64,000 bases of DNA from Azolla caroliniana. Taxonomy: Eukaryota; Plantae; Polypodiophyta. The first letter of the stretch is position 1, and every line of letters starts with the position of its first letter. The stretch lies in contig JBHGNT010000001.1 in the NCBI GenBank assembly GCA_043228905.1, positions 17,670,001 through 17,734,000 of the forward strand. The letters run 5' to 3'. The position numbers and the translations under genes are program-made. Of the stretch, positions 1 through 11,900 are shown in pieces. Under the pieces are notes generated by a model that saw only the letters and a program-made list of their open reading frames with translations, was not told the origin of the DNA and searched no databases.

Positions 1-1762
1 GAACCTCTTTTGAGCTCATGGAATTCCTGGCAACGCAACAGATAAAGGCCTCCCAACGAATGGCCGAGGAGCACGCGGAACGCCAGATGATCGAGCGCGC
101 CCTAACACAAACGGCGGAGATCAACGATGAGGACCGGCTAGCCAAGGTCGGCAGATAGAGGAACGCCGGGGTACGCCAAGTGGGGATGGAGCTACCCCCA
201 TTAAACATGGCCCTAGTCAAAGTCCATAAGGAATTGGCAAAGGTCAGCACGGGCGCCAAGGAGATGGCTATTAAAAATAAGAATGTCTGGAAGAAGGTGA
301 AAATGACCCAAGCCGAGCTGCAAAAAGCCAACGAATGCATCGCGGAGTTGGAAGCCAATGCGATTACGGCGCAACACGCAACTCCGCCAACAAACCATGC
401 CATCGACGCTTTGAAGGAAGAAATTGAGGCTCAGACCACCATCGCCTCAAAAGTGAAAAGGGCCGTGCAACTAGCGGAATCAGAAATTGACCGCCTTTGA
501 GCTGAACTGCGCCAATCCTTAGACAGAGAAAAGGAGATCTGGGCTAACGGCCGGAAGGCAGTAAAAAACCTTGAAGAGAAACTCGCTACGGAAGTAGCTC
601 AGCACATGCGGACAAAAGACAAAAACGCCCAATTACGGAATGAAGGAAAGAAATCGGAGGCAGCAATCGCGGGACTCCGGGCCTTATTGGAGAAAAAGAA
701 GGTATGGTTCGAAGAGTAGCTGGTGGTTGAACAGGAAAGAATGCATCAGCTTGAAATCCGCCTAAACAATGAAATGGGGAAATTAGAAGAACAACATGCA
801 AAGGAATCCTAGCTGTGGGCGGGCCTGAAGAACATGTACGAAGAAGCGGCGGTGGTTAGGCAGCAAGAAATTGCAAACATCACGAAGTCGATGGAGGACG
901 CACACAACCGTTGCCAGGCCATCACAGACAACGTGCGTATCCTTCTCCACAAAAATCGGGAGAGGTTCACAGCGCAATTGAAAATGGCGTTGGACAAAGG
1001 ATGGATGGCGTGGGCAACCCAAGCAGCAGAATTGCACGTGTATCGTGCGGACTGGGAGAACCGGCGAAAAGACGGCTGAGGTTTCTATAAACTAAATGAG
1101 GAGAGCATTGCGGCCATATGCGAGGACCTAGCGCAAGACTATCGTGCGCTAGCAAACCAACATTCGGAAGAACTCGCACAGCTCTTAGATGATTTTGGTG
1201 AAAGCCAGGAGGAGCTATTTCACTAGATCACACAAGCCGGCAACACGCGAACAAATGAGGAATCCATTGCGACGCCAATTCCGGGCACGGTCGAAGAATA
1301 GGAACCTCAGGCCAAATCACCAGAAATTACAACGATAGTGAACAGTGCGGACCGATGAGCAGAGTCCCCCATAGTACCAAACAGCGAAACCGATGCCCAA
1401 GAGGAGCGAGCCATCCGCAGGAGCCCACGCTATCGGCGGACCACACGGAGAATGTTGCGGGCCAGGCGGGATTGCAACCCCACTCTCTGGAGCGTACAAA
1501 GATGGCCGACACCACGGAGGAAGTAACAATTGAGATAGAGCCGCGGCCAACCGCAAGCACGACGACAGCGGAGCCCAACCCACTAGCTCAAGAAGAGCCC
1601 ACCGTACCCGGACCGCCCAGACACGACGACTGCGACACCGGGAGAAGCCATTCCGACCAAACAGGGGAACCACACCACGATGCACCTATGGGCCCTACGT
1701 CGCCTCCGGACGCGGACACCGTAGCAGAGCCAAACATCCGGGCCATTTGGGAAGAAGATTAA
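1..1762 (+). pseudogene. Decayed coiled-coil 'extra ORF' at the 3' end of a Ty3/gypsy element
   Basis: E/K/A-rich helical ORF fragments broken by stops. Homologous to 39610-40830 (FELMEFLATQQIKASQRMAEEHAERQ vs FEIMEFMATQQIKVSQRMVEEHAERQ). Lies directly before a gypsy-family LTR. Confidence 0.6.
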
Positions 1763-1809
1763 CGGGATGGGTCCGACGTGCCAGGGCACTGTCCCACAAG
1801 CGTGCCAGG

Positions 1810-2223
1810 TGTTGTCTGCCGGAATAAGAAATAATATAGGATCATAACGCATGTAATGGTTCACGCAGGAAGCGTGAATGGCTAAATAGACCCTGCCTGC
1901 GTATATAAAAGGCAGAAAACCTCTGATAGAGGGAGCGTGTATTTTGGAATGTAAAGAAGCGTATCGTAATAGAATTCTATCTTCTCTGAAAGTCTGTGTA
2001 TAGCTACAACTAATCTACTGTGTGTCTGGAATACCTGAGCGTGTAAGAACGTGAGTATAACCACTGATAAGGAGTTGGTTGTAGCCGTCTCCCTTGTACG
2101 CTGATAGGTTATGGGGAACATTCCCCTACGCATTACGCATAGACGCCACCATTCGTTGTTTCACAATCACTTGGAGGTCTAGGTCGAAGGACTGACCGGA
2201 GACCGTGTTCCTAATCAGTAACA
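1810..2223 (+). repeat. Gypsy-family LTR (3' LTR)
   Basis: TGTTGTCTGCCGGAA...CCTAATCAGTAACA. Same family as the LTRs at 44460, 46541 and ~60010-60268. Confidence 0.75.
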
Positions 2224-2329
2224 GGATCTCTCTCACCATCATACTCACCATCATATTCATATTACACCATGTCTATCTTCATCATTGATAATCATCATTA
2301 TCATTAACCCTAACCCTAAAAACCTACAA

Positions 2330-3340
2330 CAACCATCGATGAATCAGTGGAAGCCCATGACTCGACCGAGTCCCTCGACCGACATAGTCGAATGAGAGAA
2401 CAAGCCGACAGAACTGGTCGGAATACCAACCGATCAAAAACAAGAGGAGACCGACAATGGTCGAAGTTGAGAACGGATAGATCAAGCAAATGTTGCACAC
2501 GCTGGAGAAAAGTTAGCTACAATGTTTCTGATTGTTGGTCAATCAAGAGGAAAGAGAGTGGTCGGTGTTCCGAGTGAAATCAAGGCCGACCCAGTTCGGA
2601 CCACTCTCCAGTTGGCAACCAAATCAACATTGCCGACTCGCGATCAGGAGAAATTCTCTCCTTAGAGGATTCAATGATTGGAGAAGTCCTATACTGTGTA
2701 CGGTATCATCACATTCGGGAGCTCATAACTGAGAAGAGGCTCAAAGTTTGGAGGATCGACACTGAGGTGAACATCGCCCATTGCCTCATGAAGCCCCTCC
2801 CATATTAATGCTTTGGAGCACTAAGGACAAAGATAGAACTATGACAAACGACCAAGCAGAAGAAAGCCAAACGAGGAGAAGAAGGTAAGAGTCGACCGAA
2901 TAAATCATGATAATGAGCCATGCTAGGCTCGGCACGGACCTCACCTATGCCGACTCGACTATATGCCGATTGAATTGTAACATAAATTTAGATTAGTGTT
3001 GTAATCTAGGTTTACGGGGGAGACAACCCCAAACACATGTACATGTAGGAAAGAGTAGCCCTTTTACGGGGGAGTTTGTTGGCATAAAAGTCCGACTCCT
3101 TCCACTTTGTATCCTAGTGTGAACTCGTCCATATAGTTAGGGCTTAGTATATAAGCAATAACCTAACGTTGATTTGAATGGCTTGATCATTCTGTACATC
3201 GAGTCTTTGAGAGAGATAGAGAAAACCGAAATAAAGAGAGCTTCCCTTAAATTTTCATCGGTGTGTGTCTATTTATCTGTCTATATCTTCGTGCCTTCCC
3301 TCTATGTTGTTTGTTGAGCACAACTGACAAGTCGTCACAT
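2330..3340 (+). mobile_element. Copia 3'-end remnant (RNase H tail, PPT, partial LTR from 3078)
   Basis: IDTEVNIA..LMKPL-like RNase H end near 2755-2800. GGGGGAGTT PPT followed by TGTTGG at 3078. Confidence 0.5.
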
Positions 3341-3344
3341 ACGT

Positions 3345-3609
3345 TTCCACGCATATGTGTCCCTCAATGTGGGGTGCCGTCTTCAGTTTTGACCACCCCT
3401 GGTTGTTCCGATTTTTCTAGATAAGCAAACCACTCCGCGTGGCTTGTAATATGGTTTGACACTCCGGAATCAACATACCATACCTCATTCGAGGTGCGTG
3501 TCTTCATCGAATTGCCCTTGTGTTTCATCACAAAGGCCTGGTCCAATCCATCTCTGGAACTGGATCCTTCCGGTCCCTCCGCATAGTGCAAGCTTTGCCG
3601 ATTTCCCCG
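3345..3609 (-). mobile_element. Copia element A, protease fragment (continues at 28072)
   Basis: WYVDSGVSNH motif. The frame joins 28077 (DKFGSGKAG|RGNRQSLHYA) when element B is removed. Confidence 0.8.
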
Positions 3610-3787
3610 TGTAAAAACCAATAGCGTGTGGAAACAAAAGAAAACAGAAAACAGAGAACATGTTTAATGGAGAGCTTAATAGTACGTGGGAGAGACAGAG
3701 AGAGAAGAACAGGAATCACTTAAAAAAAATCATCGTACATAGTATGTGTTCATCGAACACTTTTATACAAGTCCATACGGACTGACA

Positions 3788-3823
3788 AACACGTTCGCGT
3801 TCACAAGTGGAAGGATCGCGCAT
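3788..3823 (+). repeat. Left terminal inverted repeat
   Basis: AACACGTTCGCGTTCACAAGTGGAAGGATCGCGCAT. Confidence 0.95.
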
Positions 3824-4145
3824 AAATGGAAGGATAAGGGAAATTTTAGGGGTTTTTCAATGATTTTACAAAACACATTGATACCAGTATCATACATGTT
3901 CAAACATACTATGAAAAAGGTTAAAAATCCACTACTTTCGTGATTTAGAAGTAACTAAAAAAAGACGAATTTCAAAAAGATACATTCTCAATTTATATCA
4001 CAAACTTCACAACCAATGTTATTTTATAAGAAACAATTTTTTAGAAATCATAAGAATTCAAAACACATGATTTTATATTACTCGATTTGTTACAAGCAGA
4101 ATGTAGTTACACTTAATAGCCAAATATACATTCATGATCACTCCT

Positions 4146-6926
4146 TTACGGAGAATCACTACTATAACTAATATACAATGACGATTCCTCCTCATCATCC
4201 TCGGATGTACCAATCAGTGCATTATCTTCGTCATAAACCAAATGGTTTGACTCTAGATTATATGTAGCAGATCTCGTTTGCCTTTGACTCGAGCCACCTT
4301 GTAGACCTGGTAATTTTTCTTTTATTATATCTATTGTTGACTTCCTTAATCGTCCGGCTTTTGTAAGTGTGAAGTCGTACACGATGATATCCACATCAGA
4401 GATATCAAGGGTCGAGGTGTTACGAATGTTTCGCTTCCTCTTCCTACCTCCCCTTCTTGTTTGGCATTCAATCATCTCCAATGTATACTTACCTGTAAAA
4501 GCATTTGCACTTCTAGTGTTGTACCAATGAACATTTATAGACTTGATCGTGTTTTCTATTTCATGCATTAGCACTTCTAGAATTTTACCAACCCAAAATT
4601 GGTGGCCATGTGAGTTCTCATCAGCCGGCGTTGCAATCAACATCCCCGCGGTGAGCTCTTGCAAATTTCCTTGCCATCTAGCTTCGGCTGCTTTGGTCAT
4701 CCTTGGTCCCACATAAATGTCTCTTTGTTGTGGATGGACCAAGCTGTCATTAATCGCATTTACTAGTTGCTCCGGACTTCTATTTACACAATCATGTTGC
4801 AACGACCATGTGAATGGCATTTCCAAATTCCAATTATCAACAGATACACAATTGTCTATAATTTCTTTCTGATCACTATAAAATACATCCCACCATGACG
4901 TGTCTTGTTGTGTGGCATATTTCTTGGCGGCCTCAATATGCTTTCTTTTTTCTTCTAAGGCTTGGAGCCATGCCCGTTTTTGTTCTGATACCAAGTCGCT
5001 CTGCAACTGTCCTTTCTTCTCAATTGGCATTTGCTTAGCTCCATGGACAATTGTACTCGGCATACAAAGTAATAACTGGCAACCACCTTCAGGTTCCCAT
5101 GTTGTAGAAGATGAATATTGTTTGGCATACAAAAGCGTAGAACCACTTATTCCATTTTTCTTTATCAAAAAAATGTGATTGAAACTTATATTGTTTAACT
5201 GAGCAAGCACTTTAACATTCCCACCACCCCCATCTAATATATATCTCTTAAAGTCATATACCTCCTTCAAGTGTAACACTTTTGGGCGTGGTGTATAAGC
5301 ATCACAAATGACATCAAATAGTTTAGGTAAAGTGAAAGCATCATGCCGAGACAACTGTCTGGAGAATGTGCTAAACATCTGATCTATATGGTCATGTGTG
5401 TGGCCAACCAAAAGGAAATTTACTTTCACTTTCCTAAACAATTCTAGGTTGACCAACATACTTAGATAGCCAAATACAGTTGAATTTTTGTTCTCTCTAG
5501 CAGTATTGTCCAATTGAATGTATAGAACAGGGGGGAAAGGTTGTCCCCAAGACATCAAAACTCGGTGAATCATTGTAACTGTTAGGTTAGGGTCATTGTG
5601 AACATTGGGGTAAGTAATGAAGACGTGAGGTCGAACAGACCTATTATAAGCCAAGCATCCCACCAAGTGCATTTGAACAAGGCACTCATCATTGACATCT
5701 TTGGGGAGCCTCCGCATATGCGGCAAGCATGTCTTCTTCTGGTCCATGTCATCTATCATTAAGCACATGTATTGTTCGGGCCTCTTCAAACACTTCTCTC
5801 TATGATGCATCGCCTTCCTTCGTTCTAAGGATTGTGCCTCACGATGCTCTTGTAGTAACTTCTTACTCGTATCCTTTTCCATTGATATCTTTGCACCTTT
5901 AGCCAAACTTTTAAGATTTGCACAAATGGAGCAATACCCCATACGTACTTTACGAGGAATAATAACATTTGAAAACCGAGCTCTCCATAATCTTGTGAAT
6001 TGGCTATATGTGATCGACTTATTACGTGAGCCCAGCATATCAGATCGATAGACATCATAAACTTCCCGACGTGTATAATTATCAGAAAGATGCATCCTAC
6101 CTGTAGTGGGCATTACTTCACAATTTAACTGAAAGTAAGTTTTCATCCAGCCAATAGCTAGTCTTCCAATTGCACCTTTCATACTTGGAACCTCTTTACA
6201 ATTGAGCATCTGATCCCCGCTAAGTAGACGTTGTTGTACTCTATGTAGCCGCATGTTACTAACACATAACGCAATTTTGAATGCAACTCTACATATCTGT
6301 TGCGCATGGAAGATATAATACTCGAATGATACTTTGATCCCCGTACATTTGTCAGATACTAGTTGCATATGTGACCCGAGGTAAGTGTCTTGCTCATCAC
6401 CGGTCATCGAAAAATAGTATCGCCTTAATTCTCGCAACTTTGATTTTCCAATCATAGACATACAACCACGGGCACAACATATTTTGTTGACATCAAATCC
6501 AATCTGTTTATCTGATGTCACCAAGCTAAATCTAGCTAGACGAATTCTTCGTGGGATTCATCTAATATGCATAGGGCTCCCAGATTTCTCTTCCTGCATA
6601 GAGGTTGGTGTAACATTGTTACAGTCTAATTCTTTGCTGTGACCATCGCCAATGTTATTCAATGTTTCCTGGGCACTTCCTTCATTCTCGGTATCTTTAT
6701 TAATATCGTATTCTTCAATAGAGAACTCTTCACATGTGTCATTATGTACATTCCCTGTAGATGAGCTCAGACAATATTCTTCAATAGAATATGGTGAGTC
6801 GGTCGACAGACAATATTCTTCAATCGAATATGGTGACTCTGATGACAAACAATACTCTTCAGTAGAAAACGATGGGTCTGATGACAAACAATATTCTTCA
6901 ATCGAGAACGGTGAATCTTCACTCAT
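4146..6926 (-). pseudogene. Sola-like (DUF7869-type) DDD transposase, ~926 codons, one in-frame TGA at 6558-6560
   Basis: Motifs CSICA, IDDMDQ, LYIQLDNTARENKN and FLLVGHTHDHIDQMFS. ORFs 6558-6926 and 4146-6524 share a frame and are joined by an open linker (IPRRIRLARFS). Confidence 0.8.
6700..6920 (-). repeat. Coding 39-bp tandem repeat ((F/Y)S(I/T)EEYCLS...) in the transposase N-terminus
   Basis: Four consecutive 13-aa units plus a fifth degenerate FSIEEY, visible in the 6558-6926 translation. Confidence 0.85.
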
Positions 6927-7778
6927 GGCTTAAGGTCTAGATAGGGCTCTCTAAGTTATGGGCTTAGGGGAAAGAAAAAAACTAATAAGCTCCTCTCTAA
7001 ACATATACTCCTCTCTAAACATAAACTTCTCTCTAAACAAAAGCCAAATCAATAGAATGTCTATATTATGTAATATTCTATTAATACAATACATCAAAAA
7101 ATTATTTTTAATAAAGTAATTGTACTTAAAATATCAATTATTATATAAACTAGATCTATATAAAGTTAAATCAAGTAAAATATAAAACTAATCATTAACA
7201 AGCCATGAATATGTTGGATTAATGTTAAAATCATTGGCTAATTAATGGCACCCATTTTGATATAGAACGTCTCACTCATTGGTTCTTTAATGCTCACCAT
7301 TTTAAATATTAGACTTATCAATCATTGGTTAATTTATGCCCACATCTTTAATACACAACATTTGAGAGTCATAAAAATTGTTGGTTTTAGTAATCAATCA
7401 TTGGTACATTCATGAACCTCTATCATTGTCTCATTCATAACCTTTGAAGTCATTGTAGGTTGTTATGACTATAAAAGATTGATCAATATGGTAGTTTGAC
7501 TTTGTAATCATTAATACAATCATAAGTTTCTCTAGTTAATGTGACTATGGTTACCAACTAACTATCCTCAAAGTTACCAACCTTGGTTAAGGTGACTATG
7601 GTTACTTTAACCAATGTGTTCAATCCCTATAAATAGGAAGACCTCGTCATATTTCACTCACCAGAGCGTACAGAGCGTACAGAGCACACAGAACGTAGAG
7701 AGCACACAGAGCACACAAAGCACATAGAGCACAAAGCACGAAAGCGCGATCTCCGCCTCCACTTCCACACGATCAAAC
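6927..7778. promoter_or_regulatory. Divergent promoter region: TATA box CTATAAATA at 7627-7635 and repeated TCATTGG (reverse CCAAT) motifs
   Basis: AT-rich spacer between two divergent ATGs (6926 minus, 7779 plus). 9-bp CAGAGC(G/A)(T/C)A repeats at ~7662-7740. Confidence 0.55.
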
Positions 7779-7863
7779 ATGTCTTCAAAGAGAATCGAGC
7801 GCGAGGACTCCAGGTAGGCCTCTGACACTATGGACATTTTTGTAAATATGTTTCGTTTCTCAA

Positions 7864-8144
7864 GAACTCGATACGCCGTATCAAGTTCATGTATACAATA
7901 CAAATATTTATACATGAACTCGATACGGCGTATCGAGTTCATAATTTAATTTTGCTTTTTATACAGGAACTCGATACGCCGTATCGAGTTCATGTTTAAA
8001 GTGTAGGTTTTAGACAGGAACTCGATACGCCGTATCGAGTTCCTGTTTAATGTGTAGGTTTTAAACAGGAACTCGATACGCCGTATCGAGTTCGTGTTTA
8101 AAGTGTAGGTTTTAAACATGAACTCGATACGCCGTATCGAGTTC
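7864..8144. repeat. Array of six 25-bp palindromes with a 51-52-bp period
   Basis: GAACTCGATACG(C/G)CGTATCGAGTTC at 7864 (one substitution), 7916, 7967, 8018, 8069 and 8120. Confidence 0.95.
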
Positions 8145-8974
8145 CTGTATATAAGAAGGCTTTGAGAGAGAAAAATTGTATTTTTGGGGTAACAAATAAT
8201 TTTGGGATGGAAAAGTTATCAAATTGTTTGGCAAAATCAGTCTTTTTATGTTGGCTTTCCTTACTTTTAAAAAAAAACATGCTCTAATTATAGGTGTTTT
8301 ATGACCTACTTTAGCTTAAAATAGTAGAAAATGATCCACAAATTGCCTTTACGATAGCAAATTCTCGTCAATATAGGTTTGGAATCTATATAAGTCATAC
8401 CTACTATTTAAAAGAATATATAACCCTTTTTACTTATTACGATATATATTTTCTAGGTTGAATAGCCCTGCCTATAATAGATTTTTGAATATAGCACTGC
8501 TCTTGGGAACTGTTCTTCATGTTAATATACAACCTTAATCTACATGACTACCTAACTTATGTTTTTGCATATACTTTCTTAAATAGGTCGTTTGAAAACC
8601 TGTCGGACCGACCGGTGAAGAAAATAAAGCTTCGCATACAAGGTTCTCCAATCGAAGCCCAGGCCAAGGTAGCTCCTGAGACCATGAAGAGAGGAAAAAA
8701 GCTTCTCTTTAACGAAGAGACAAAATCTCAGCCACATAGTGATGTTAGCCAAAAGAAACTTGTCGCCGCTACTGGAGGTGAAGACCTTCCTGACCGAGAT
8801 CTAACGGACAAGGAATGGTGTATGCAATATGTCGACTCAAAGAAAAAAGTCGTATTGTATACAGCAAAGAAGAAGGGTGAGGGGCAACTTGGAAAGGAAA
8901 CCCCATTTATGTATGGCCGTATTCTACGATTTGACTACGAAGATGCAGATTCGGCCAACATACTGGTAATGATA

Positions 8975-11900
8975 TGTTGGGATTACGGTCCCTTCGTATG
9001 GGATGGACGGATATCGGAGATGAATGCCGACGAGCCCGGTTTCGGTTTCGGATCCGGATGACGAAGACCCTGGTTTCGGTACCGGATGACGAATGTACCC
9101 GGAGAGCGATCCGGATGCAGGGACATACCCGTGAATATGTTCGCTATGGGCCCCTGAGGCTACAGTTGTAAATAGCCCAAAGTCATATAAGTATAAATAT
9201 GACTTAGGGCAAACAGTTTTGATGTTGCTTCTCATTTTTCTGTTTTTCCACTTTAGAGGAGTGAAGAGAGAAAGCAGCCGTGAGAGAGAGAGATAGAGCG
9301 CGAGAGAGGAAGAGGTAGACGCCTCTGTGTATTTCCGCCGCCTGTGGCGAGGACAGCGAGCTCAAGGTCGTCGCCTTGCAGCTCGCCATTGTATACTTCT
9401 CTGTATAGTGTTGGTTTGGAGTCTCGTACTCCCGTGGTTTTTCCCATCTAGGGTTTTCCACGTTAATCCCTGTGTAAACGCGTCTCGTGTATTTCTTCTT
9501 TTGGTTCCTATTTTCTGCTCCATTGATCCGCGATTACTCGGTTGTGGCCGAGGGAAGAAGGTGAATACAAGCGGTGATTCCCAACAAACTGGTATCAGAG
9601 CGACTGTTGCAGAAAATGGAAGGCGGCGGCAGCGGGCAGCCGGGGATGATGGTGCTGAATGCACAGAATTACGCCGACTGGAAGATCAAGATGGAGGATC
9701 TTCTGATTGTTCGGGACCTGTACGAACCGATTGACAGGTCGGAAATACCGAAGGGGGTACTTGAGTCGGAGTGGAAGCTCCTGAACCGGAAAGCCGTAGC
9801 GACGATCCGACAATATGTCGATGTAAGTGTCCTACAACATGTGGCGAACGACACCAACGCATATGAGATGTGGAAGAAGCTGTCGGGCCTCTACGAGAGG
9901 AAGAATGCGTTGAACCGGACTTCCCTGATGAGGAAGATAGTGAATCTCAAGTACCGGGACGGCGAGAGTATGGTGGAACACGTAAGCACGTTCATGGGAT
10001 TCGTGAATCAGCTTGCGGCGATCAAGTTCCCGTTGGAGGATGCAATGCAAGCCATCATCCTGATGTGCACATTGCCGGAAAGCTGGGAGAACTTGGTGGT
10101 GACTCTCAGCACCTCCTGCACCTAAGATAACTTGTCCCTACAAACGGTAAAGACAAGTATTTTGAACGAAGAAGCGCGTCGGAGAGATAAGGAACCGGCC
10201 TCCGACCCGAAGATGTTGATTACCGAATCGGATCGGGGAAGACAATGGAACCGGAGTCCGCAAAGACGGGAGAAGTCGGGGACCCGGTCGCAGTCAAGAG
10301 GAAGGCCCACATGCTTCCACTGTGGGAAGCCGGGGCACTTCCGAAAGAATTGTCGGCATTACCGAAAAGACAATGGAACCGACAACACCGATTCGAAGAA
10401 GTCACCGGAGAGAAACGGTGCATACCGGGGAGCCACGGACCGGAGAGGTTCGGATCGGCGAGGGCAGGACCGGAAAGGAACAACGGCACTCGCGGCAAGT
10501 GAGGAAGAAATCATGCTCATCACCGAAGAAGGTGAACTAAACATTGCCGGCGATGAGACGACCTGGGTGGTCGATTCCGGAGCATCGTTCCACCTGACCC
10601 CGGAGAGAAGATACTTCTCATCCTACACAGCCGGCGAGCATGGCTGTGTTCGGATGGGAAACGAAGGTACGTGCCGAATTGCCGGCATAGGAGATGTGTG
10701 GTTGACAACCCCGACCGGATGTAAAATGCTGCTGAAGAATGTCCGACACGTTCCGGAGGTCCGACTGAACCTGATTTCGGCCGGGAGGCTAGATGATGAA
10801 GGCTACACGGGTAGCATCCAGAACGGCGTAATGAAGTTCAGCAAGGGGAGCCTGATAGTGGCTCGGGCCCGGAAAGACAACACACTGTACCTGATGAATG
10901 CCCGGTTATGTCCGGAAGAGCTGAATGTGGCAGCCGACACTGCCGGTGAGCTGTGGCACAAAAGACTGTGCCACATGAGTGAGAAGGGGATGAAGAGGCT
11001 TGCAGAAGACAACCTTATTCCAGTGAAGCATGTGCACCTGGAGAAGTGCACCGATTGCCTGGCCGGTAAGCAGAACCGAACCTCCTTCCACTCAAGGCCA
11101 CCGACGAGACGTAGCGCACCATTGGAGTTGGTGCACACCGATGTGTGTCAGGTAGAAACGAAGTCACATGGCGGAGCCCAGTACTTCGTAACTTTCATAG
11201 ATGATCATAGCCGAAGACTGTGGACGGCACCGATGAAGACAAAGGACCAAGTGTTGTCCGTCTTCAAAGAACTCCACGCGAGAGTGGAAAGGGAATCCGG
11301 CAAGAAGCTGAAAGCGATACGAGCGGATAACGGAGGGGAATACCGGGGGCAGTTCCAGGAGTACTGTCGCTCGAAGGGAATCCGACTCGAGTTTACTGTG
11401 CCGAAGACGCCGGAACTGAACGGGCTGGCCGAGAGGATGAACCGGACCATAATGGAGAGGGTCCGGAGTATGCTGGCACATGCGAAATTACCCAAGGGAT
11501 TTTGGGCTGAGGCAATGTCGACGGCGACATATGTGATAAACAGATCACCCTCAGTACCTTTGGACGGAGACACGCCGCAGAGAGTGTGGACCGGTAGGGA
11601 AGTATCCTACCGGCATCTGAAGGTGTTCGGGTGTCTCGCATACGTGCATGTGGCAAAGGACCGGAGAGGAAAGCTAGATCCGAAGACCCGGCCATGCATA
11701 TTCCTCGGTTACGGCGACGACGAGTTCGGTTACCGAGTATGGGACCCGGTCGACAAGAAGATATTCAGGAGTCGAGACATCATCTTCATGGAGGACAAGA
11801 CACTCGCCGACTTGGAGTCGGAGAAGAAGATGAAGAGCTCCAAGTCGACCGGTGAGGATAAACTCTACGAGGAGCAGTCCCGACCGGCAAGGGACCGGTT

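Noticed and set aside
2225-2320. Telomere-like TAACCCTAACCCTAA and CAT-rich tract
   Set aside because: Only about two units in low-complexity sequence.
3788-3823. CACTA/CMC assignment from the CACG near the terminus
   Set aside because: The inverted repeat extends to AACAC, the TSD is 4 bp, and the transposase motifs are not TnpD-like.
7864-8144. CRISPR array
   Set aside because: The later spacers are near-identical to each other, there are no cas genes and the context is a eukaryotic intron. Kept as a palindromic repeat array.
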